A DNA stretch of 64,000 nucleotides. Origin: a virus. The notes beneath the pieces are model-generated. The model was not told the origin of the DNA. It saw nothing but the letters and a program-made list of their open reading frames with translations, and searched no databases. The stretch lies in IMG/VR virus record IMGVR_UViG_3300034121_000850, positions 1 through 64,000 of that record; one strand, written 5' to 3'. Below, piece after piece: positions 58,311 through 64,000 of this stretch (positions are counted from its first letter, which is position 1; every line of letters begins with the position of its first letter). Both the position numbers and the translations under genes were made by a program.

Positions 58311-59587
58311 TTTATGTGAGAACCCCTAATATCACTTAAACTCTTAGGATTTTGTAATGCAAGTGTTGGAAAGAAAGAATATTGTTTAAGATTAGGAATA
58401 TTCCTTGTAATCTCTATATCAACATCAGCATCTATAGTTTTATTATTTAAACGATTTACAATCTTTTCAATTCCACTTTTAGACAATATCATACAATGTG
58501 TCCCCCACACATCTTTAGGAACATAAATAGTACCTGCTATATGTTTACCAGGTTTTCCATATCTTTCATTACCTCCAAGCCAAACAATATCCCAATCATT
58601 GGGAACATTTTTCCAACCTTCTTTTAATAACTCTTTAAAACCATGTTGAAAAAGTACATCATCTTCAAGCATTAATACAGTTTCATAACCTTCTGCATAA
58701 CACATATTTAATATCCCAAGCCAAGATATATAACAAGCAGCAATTCCAGGATTAATAACCTTTTCACATTGAATACCTAAACCTTTTCCATTAATAGCAG
58801 GAATTGTTTTAACATCTCTAATATTAAGGTAATTTAAAAGAATATCTACTTTTTTCTTTTTATCAGGTCTTGTTTGAAGATTAAGTAAAAATCTTTTATC
58901 TACTTTAATATCAGCATAATCAAAAGGGTCTTGAGTACCTGTATTATCTAATTCAACACAAGTAGGAATTAACTTCCAATCATAATTTTCTGTTCCTACA
59001 CTTTTAATCTTTATATCAGATATTGTAGACATAAAAAATTCACATTGTAATCTTTTACGTTCTTCTTTAATTAAGTTTTTATCTATAATATTAGGTTTAG
59101 TTTTAAATGAGTTAATATCTCTTGTTTTATTTATAACAGAAGCGTTAGCCCACCAAAAATTACCACTAAAATGATTATTACACCAATTATAACCTACTAA
59201 ATCAACGTCTTTAATATACTCAATACAGGTTTTCCAATTAGTAATAGTATGTTTAACTAAAGCTTTTCTCCAATATTTTTCATGAATAGTATTTTTAGAA
59301 GCCCCTTTACTATGACAATACAAAACAATATCTAAAGGACTATTTTTACAATGATTTTGTAATAGCTTAATAGTAGGATATTCATACTCTTTTACATCAC
59401 CAGAATAAATTAATACTACATTTGCAATAGGAAAATGTAATTTATTAAAATCTTCTAATTTACCTACAAAAGATATAACAATTTTATCAAGTTCTTTTAT
59501 TAAATTAGAAGAAGTTACAGCAGCAAATATTTCAGCAGTAATTGCTTTATATTCTCCCATACCCGCTAAATGATAAAATAAGGTCAT
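58307..59587 (-). CDS. two-domain glycosyltransferase (C-terminal GT25-like)
   Basis: C-terminal LNL..RPDK, AING, GIAACYISW, LMLEDD, DWDIVWLG; N-terminal YEYPT, LYCHSKG, HFSGNFWWA domain. Confidence 0.85.
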   Translation of the reverse strand: MTLFYHLAGMGEYKAITAEIFAAVTSSNLIKELDKIVISFVGKLEDFNKLHFPIANVVLIYSGDVKEYEYPTIKLLQNHCKNSPLDIVLYCHSKGASKNTIHEKYWRKALVKHTITNWKTCIEYIKDVDLVGYNWCNNHFSGNFWWANASVINKTRDINSFKTKPNIIDKNLIKEERKRLQCEFFMSTISDIKIKSVGTENYDWKLIPTCVELDNTGTQDPFDYADIKVDKRFLLNLQTRPDKKKKVDILLNYLNIRDVKTIPAINGKGLGIQCEKVINPGIAACYISWLGILNMCYAEGYETVLMLEDDVLFQHGFKELLKEGWKNVPNDWDIVWLGGNERYGKPGKHIAGTIYVPKDVWGTHCMILSKSGIEKIVNRLNNKTIDADVDIEITRNIPNLKQYSFFPTLALQNPKSLSDIRGSHIK

Positions 59588-59588
59588 A

Positions 59589-60218
59589 CTAAAAGATTAA
59601 TTCTCCTTCTAAAAGCGTTATAGTTTGAGTACCACTAGTTAAAGGACTTGTTGTCATTATATTAATAGTACCTGATGTAAAAGGATATATACCATCTAAT
59701 ACACCTGCTGTTATTGTAACAGTCCAATAATTAGGTAATGTTTGTGTATAACTACCTGAGAAAATTTGAATATTACGCATAATAACACTTACGTCTGATA
59801 CAGAACTAAAAACAATAGTAGAAAAAGTAAACATATTAGGGGAAATTTCTAATGGTTTACCGATATAAAAATCAGTAACTACTCTAAGTTTTTGAAATAT
59901 AAATATACCATCTTGTTCATCAGGAGGAAGTCCTGAACTAAAAGAACTACTAGAACTAAATGAACCACTTGGTTCACCAGCCATATATAAAGCAGCTACA
60001 CTAATTTTACTAACTAATTGCCCTGCTTTTCTACCATAATTTATAATAGGAATATAAAGTTTAGTAAGAGGATGATTACTTACATCATCTCCTGCATAAT
60101 ATTTACTAGCAAAATCTCTCATTATTTCAACAAATCTTTCACTATCATCAATAGTAAGAGCATTAAATATTTTAGTAAACTCTATAATATTGTTAGAATT
60201 TTGATTTCTTCCGTTCAT
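59589..60218 (-). CDS. hypothetical tail-region protein with Ser-rich linker
   Basis: SGSFSSSSSFSSG linker followed by a beta-rich domain. Confidence 0.65.
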   Translation of the reverse strand: MNGRNQNSNNIIEFTKIFNALTIDDSERFVEIMRDFASKYYAGDDVSNHPLTKLYIPIINYGRKAGQLVSKISVAALYMAGEPSGSFSSSSSFSSGLPPDEQDGIFIFQKLRVVTDFYIGKPLEISPNMFTFSTIVFSSVSDVSVIMRNIQIFSGSYTQTLPNYWTVTITAGVLDGIYPFTSGTINIMTTSPLTSGTQTITLLEGELIF

Positions 60219-60221
60219 ATC

Positions 60222-60689
60222 TTAATTTATTAAAGTCGTATAACAAATGTTAACACCATTTATATAATCTTGAATATCTACAATTACAATATTAGGATTA
60301 TCAACTGTAGTTGGTTCTACAATATTATCATATTCAATATCTATACATTCAATCCCCCCATCACAAGGAATAAAAGGGTATCCAAATATCTTAAAAACAT
60401 CTTGTAGTTTTATACCTTTACAGGCGTAACATTTAGAGAGTCTTTCTAATTCATATTTAGTTACATAGTAACTCCATTCTTTTACAGAGTTTTCTAAAAT
60501 ATCTTGATAGATAAAACTAACAAGATAAAAAGCACTATAATAATCTAATACTTTAAACTGTAAACAACTTTTATCATATAAAGATTCTTCTTTAAACTCT
60601 TTAGTATGTAAAGCAAAAATAGTTTCCTTGTATTTAACAAAGAAACTATTTAATTTAGCTTGTAAATCATTATTACCCATTACCCACAA
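60222..60689 (-). CDS. putative tail hub protein
   Basis: helical with CYACKG; position by recalled crAss001 synteny. Confidence 0.5.
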   Translation of the reverse strand: MWVMGNNDLQAKLNSFFVKYKETIFALHTKEFKEESLYDKSCLQFKVLDYYSAFYLVSFIYQDILENSVKEWSYYVTKYELERLSKCYACKGIKLQDVFKIFGYPFIPCDGGIECIDIEYDNIVEPTTVDNPNIVIVDIQDYINGVNICYTTLIN

Positions 60690-62248
60690 TCTTTACAAGG
60701 TGTATCACATTCTTCACAAAACTCTAATGCTTTAGACATTAAATCTTTTGCAGTAAATAAATTATTGTTTAAATCAACAGGTAAAACATCATAAAGATAA
60801 TTAAAACTGTATATACTATTTACAATATTCATATAAGTAAATAGTAATGCTTGTAAAGCTACAAAATTATAATAATCTTTATGATTACAGTCATTACAAT
60901 CATGACAATCTTTACCTCCACCACAAGCTATTGTTTTTATATAATAATTAAAACAGTCTTTAATTTTACAATCATTAAACATAATTGTAGAATTTTCGAT
61001 AGGTTCTCCCCCATTTTTATCAATACTTACCCCTGTAAATTTAAAAACATTAGTTGAATCTATTGTAACTGTAACGCATTCGCATGGTTCAATAGTTAAT
61101 TCACCAACATCTTCAAATACATTATCTGAATTTAAACTTGCATAAGTAATTGTAGTAGGCTGAAATGATTTATTACAAATAGTATATTCATTACAATTAT
61201 CTGTTTTCTTTATAGACCACCAATTACAACCTTGTACTTTTTCAAATGTACAACATTTATGTAAAATTTGTGTTGAATCGTTAGGATTTCTAATAACTAA
61301 ACAAGCTTGAATAATATAATCGCCTGTTTCAGGAATATTAAAATAAAATGGATATGATGCAGCATTATGAACATAAGGATAAGATATACCTGTAATTGAA
61401 TTAATTTGTGTAGCAATTACAGTTCCATTATAATCAATTAAACTGAACTCAATTTCAAAATCGGTAAAACAATATTCAAGAGTACCATTATTAGGATATT
61501 TTTGAATGTATGTAAAATCTAAAGCTAATACTGCATAATTGTTTGAAAAAATACTTATACAATCTTCGTTAGAACAACCTGTATTTGTAACTTGTAAAAT
61601 ACCACTAGGTATAGTTTTAAGTATAAGATCATTAGGTCCTTCAATACAACTTAAACCATTAACATCAAAAGTAATAACATTTGCAGCTAATAAAGGGTCA
61701 GCATAAGAAATTATACCTTTTTTATTAGGTATAACAGATGTAACACCATTTTGTTCAAAATATGTACTAAAAGCAGGATAAGAACTTACTAAATAATATG
61801 TAAGACTAGAATTTACAAAAGGTGTATAAAAGCCATAATACGCATAAAATGGTGTAGTACGAATAGTATCAACAATAACTATATAAGGGTCAAAATCAAG
61901 TCCAAAAACTTGAAAAATATTTTGGTAAGAATGATAACCACCTCTAACAAGTTCTAATTCAATATCAATAGATTCCCAAGGATTTAACCCTATAATTTCA
62001 AATTGAAAAATTTCACCACTAACCCCTGTTGATACGAAATTATCAACAGATATAGTATTAGTAGGAGCGTTAACTATAATTGGAATAGCAGGTAAAGAAA
62101 ATCCAAATTCAGGATAATCTACTACAACTACACCATTAACAGTAAGTTTTATTCCAGGTGTTGTAGAATCAAATGCTAGTAGAGGGTTAGAACAATCTTC
62201 CCCTCCACTAGCATCAATACTATAAATTTGAAATTTAACTAAAGACAT
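60680..62248 (-). CDS. putative tail hub protein with Ig-like N-terminus and Cys-rich C-terminus
   Basis: beta-rich N-terminal part, CHDCNDC and CEECDTPCKDCG; synteny. Confidence 0.55.
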   Translation of the reverse strand: MSLVKFQIYSIDASGGEDCSNPLLAFDSTTPGIKLTVNGVVVVDYPEFGFSLPAIPIIVNAPTNTISVDNFVSTGVSGEIFQFEIIGLNPWESIDIELELVRGGYHSYQNIFQVFGLDFDPYIVIVDTIRTTPFYAYYGFYTPFVNSSLTYYLVSSYPAFSTYFEQNGVTSVIPNKKGIISYADPLLAANVITFDVNGLSCIEGPNDLILKTIPSGILQVTNTGCSNEDCISIFSNNYAVLALDFTYIQKYPNNGTLEYCFTDFEIEFSLIDYNGTVIATQINSITGISYPYVHNAASYPFYFNIPETGDYIIQACLVIRNPNDSTQILHKCCTFEKVQGCNWWSIKKTDNCNEYTICNKSFQPTTITYASLNSDNVFEDVGELTIEPCECVTVTIDSTNVFKFTGVSIDKNGGEPIENSTIMFNDCKIKDCFNYYIKTIACGGGKDCHDCNDCNHKDYYNFVALQALLFTYMNIVNSIYSFNYLYDVLPVDLNNNLFTAKDLMSKALEFCEECDTPCKDCG

Positions 62249-62287
62249 TAAGTGTTAAATAAATAATAGTTAAATAATAATTAAATA

Positions 62288-63265
62288 TTAATCAAATATC
62301 TGTAAAATAGCGTTAACAGCAGTCTGAACAGTATTAGCAGGAGCGTTAGGAATAACTAACTCTACAATCATATCATCAGTATCTGCGCTACCACCAGTAT
62401 TATTATCTCTATCTTTTCTGAATTGAATACCATACATATCATAAGTTTCACCTACAACAGCAGGGTTAGCAAAACTAAACATTTGATTAGCTAAACAATC
62501 TTGTGAAGTATTACCAAGTTCAGTAGAGTATTCTTGCCAAATAGTAACAACATCAGAGTAAGTACCTGAACCAAATACAACAGCAACAGTTACAGCATTT
62601 AAAGTTTCATCTATTGTAGCATCTGTTGCAATACCGCTAACACCTACACTAATTTGAGTATCTACAGGAATAACAGTAAGAGAAATACCAACACTAAGTG
62701 GACCTGTAACAGTAGCAACAGCAGTTACAAGTTGTGACAATTGTGGGTGGTTATTAATACGAACTACTAAATCATTAATAACAGAAGTTGCAGTAGAAGA
62801 AGCGTTTACAGTTGATTCTACACGATAAATTTCAATAGCAGGTAGAGTACCAGCACTCATATTTTGAATACGAATATGAGCAGTTTCACCAACTACAAGT
62901 GTTGGAAAGTTCATATCACCAATACCAGCACCATCATCACCAATTAAAACAACTTGTGCAACAGGAGCTACATAAGCACGTAGTGAATACTTAGAACCAA
63001 AAGGTATAACCATACTACGTTTTACAGTAGTACCAGTAGTTGCAGGAACACCTTGATAAATAATATAACCTTGTCTTGTAAGGTTTAAAGGAGTAACGGC
63101 AGCAAGCAAAGCAGCAGCAGTAGCAGCTGTTACGAATGTACCATCATTTGTAAATATAGCACAAGCGCCATCGGCAAGTAAGCCAACTTGGTTTATTGTA
63201 GCTATCGTACCACCACCTGCTAATAAGCCATAGTTTAGGTCTTTAAAAACGAGCATTTTTCTCAT
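62288..63265 (-). CDS. auxiliary capsid/structural protein
   Basis: 325 aa, Ala/Thr/Val/Gly rich, GETYDMY motif; synteny. Confidence 0.65.
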   Translation of the reverse strand: MRKMLVFKDLNYGLLAGGGTIATINQVGLLADGACAIFTNDGTFVTAATAAALLAAVTPLNLTRQGYIIYQGVPATTGTTVKRSMVIPFGSKYSLRAYVAPVAQVVLIGDDGAGIGDMNFPTLVVGETAHIRIQNMSAGTLPAIEIYRVESTVNASSTATSVINDLVVRINNHPQLSQLVTAVATVTGPLSVGISLTVIPVDTQISVGVSGIATDATIDETLNAVTVAVVFGSGTYSDVVTIWQEYSTELGNTSQDCLANQMFSFANPAVVGETYDMYGIQFRKDRDNNTGGSADTDDMIVELVIPNAPANTVQTAVNAILQIFD

Positions 63266-63268
63266 GAT

Positions 63269-64000
63269 TTATTCTATTTTTAGATTTTCTGTTAAGAATT
63301 GTTTGTAAGTATTTGAATTGATTAAACTTTTTATTGTTGTAATTGTATTATTTAGAATCTCATGATGTACATTTTCATCTAAATCACTTGTTATATTCAA
63401 ATTATGATTAACTTTCATTGGTTTTTTATAATACTTAAAACCTACATTTTGAATATAAAATTGTTCATTATGGTATAATCTTAATAACCCTTTAGTAATC
63501 TCACAAACAACAGATATTGGAGAAGTTTTAGTAAAAGAATCTCTTAGTCTATCATTGATTACTTCTGAATTATAAACTCTACCTTCTGCTACTTTTAACT
63601 TTTTATTTGCTAAATTATATTGTTTAGCACTTACTGCACTGAAAGGAATAGTAGATACACTTGCCGCTGTTATTCTTATATTAGTATAACTTGAATTTGA
63701 ACTTAAAAAATATAATCTACCAACTCCAAATGTTCCTGCTAATTGTTCCCAATAAACTTCTAATCCTGTTAGATTAGTATAACTAATCACATCACGTATT
63801 AAATCTTTTATATAAAACCAATATTCAATATTAATACCAGCGTTTATATATGGATAAGTAGCACTTGTAAAAATAGTAATATAAGTTCCATTTACTTCTA
63901 ATTCAATTCTAAAAGGAGAATAATCATAATTTGTAGGTAAACTATATTCAGCAATACCAAAACTTGTTGCAGTTTCAACATAAGAATTAATATTACAATT
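63269..64000 (-). CDS. tail ring protein, 5'-truncated by the window edge
   Basis: frame stays open from 63790 to 64000; YYKKP..V....TSDL...HHEI motif. Confidence 0.7.
   Translation of the reverse strand, partial: NCNINSYVETATSFGIAEYSLPTNYDYSPFRIELEVNGTYITIFTSATYPYINAGINIEYWFYIKDLIRDVISYTNLTGLEVYWEQLAGTFGVGRLYFLSSNSSYTNIRITAASVSTIPFSAVSAKQYNLANKKLKVAEGRVYNSEVINDRLRDSFTKTSPISVVCEITKGLLRLYHNEQFYIQNVGFKYYKKPMKVNHNLNITSDLDENVHHEILNNTITTIKSLINSNTYKQFLTENLKIE

Noticed and set aside
24995-60233. Short nested ORFs within the virion genes (24995, 29727, 33811, 36160, 39472, 41788, 45934, 47074, 47353, 48516, 49852, 50092, 53797, 57051, 57930, 60018)
   Set aside because: Antisense or alternate-frame shadows of long genes with biased codon usage
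55774-62248. Diversity-generating retroelement or invertible tail-fiber cassette
   Set aside because: No reverse transcriptase, recombinase or TR/VR repeat pair noticed by eye; a self-alignment would be needed to exclude it fully
1-64000. Stop-codon reassignment (TAG or TGA), known in some crAss-like phages
   Set aside because: Genes, including the 17-kb ORF, are intact in the standard code; TAG and TGA end genes at normal boundaries; no suppressor tRNA seen

Overview
The window is an AT-rich, gene-dense segment of a crAss-like (Crassvirales) Bacteroidota phage genome read in the standard genetic code. It has two convergent blocks that meet at a bidirectional hairpin near 22.2 kb. The + strand block (1-22157) holds a tmRNA, tRNA-Leu(TAA), small early ORFs and a replication/recombination module: dNMP kinase, Dda-like helicase, PolA, SF2 helicase, DnaB, RecT-like protein, two SSB-like proteins, primase, RusA-like protein, DEDDh exonuclease, ATP ligase, PD-(D/E)XK nuclease, DUF932 and a GroES-like protein. 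The - strand block (22246-64000) holds virion genes: ring, hub and muzzle proteins, a holin, and cargo proteins including a 5748-aa virion RNA polymerase polyprotein (DFDID motif). The most notable observations are: (1) tandem in-frame cassettes inside the RNAP polyprotein, bounded by conserved DIERR and YDAE motifs that are also repeated at DNA level; (2) SLOG, DUF4326-like and AlkB-like domains on the RNAP C-terminus, and a nucleotidyltransferase in the next cargo protein; (3) a tmRNA with a 26-codon tag; (4) a glycosyltransferase/methyltransferase island in the tail operon, containing a deletion scar; (5) terminator hairpins sharing an 8-nt T-loop-like cap. All assignments come from motif recognition and recalled synteny, not database searches, and domain boundaries are approximate.
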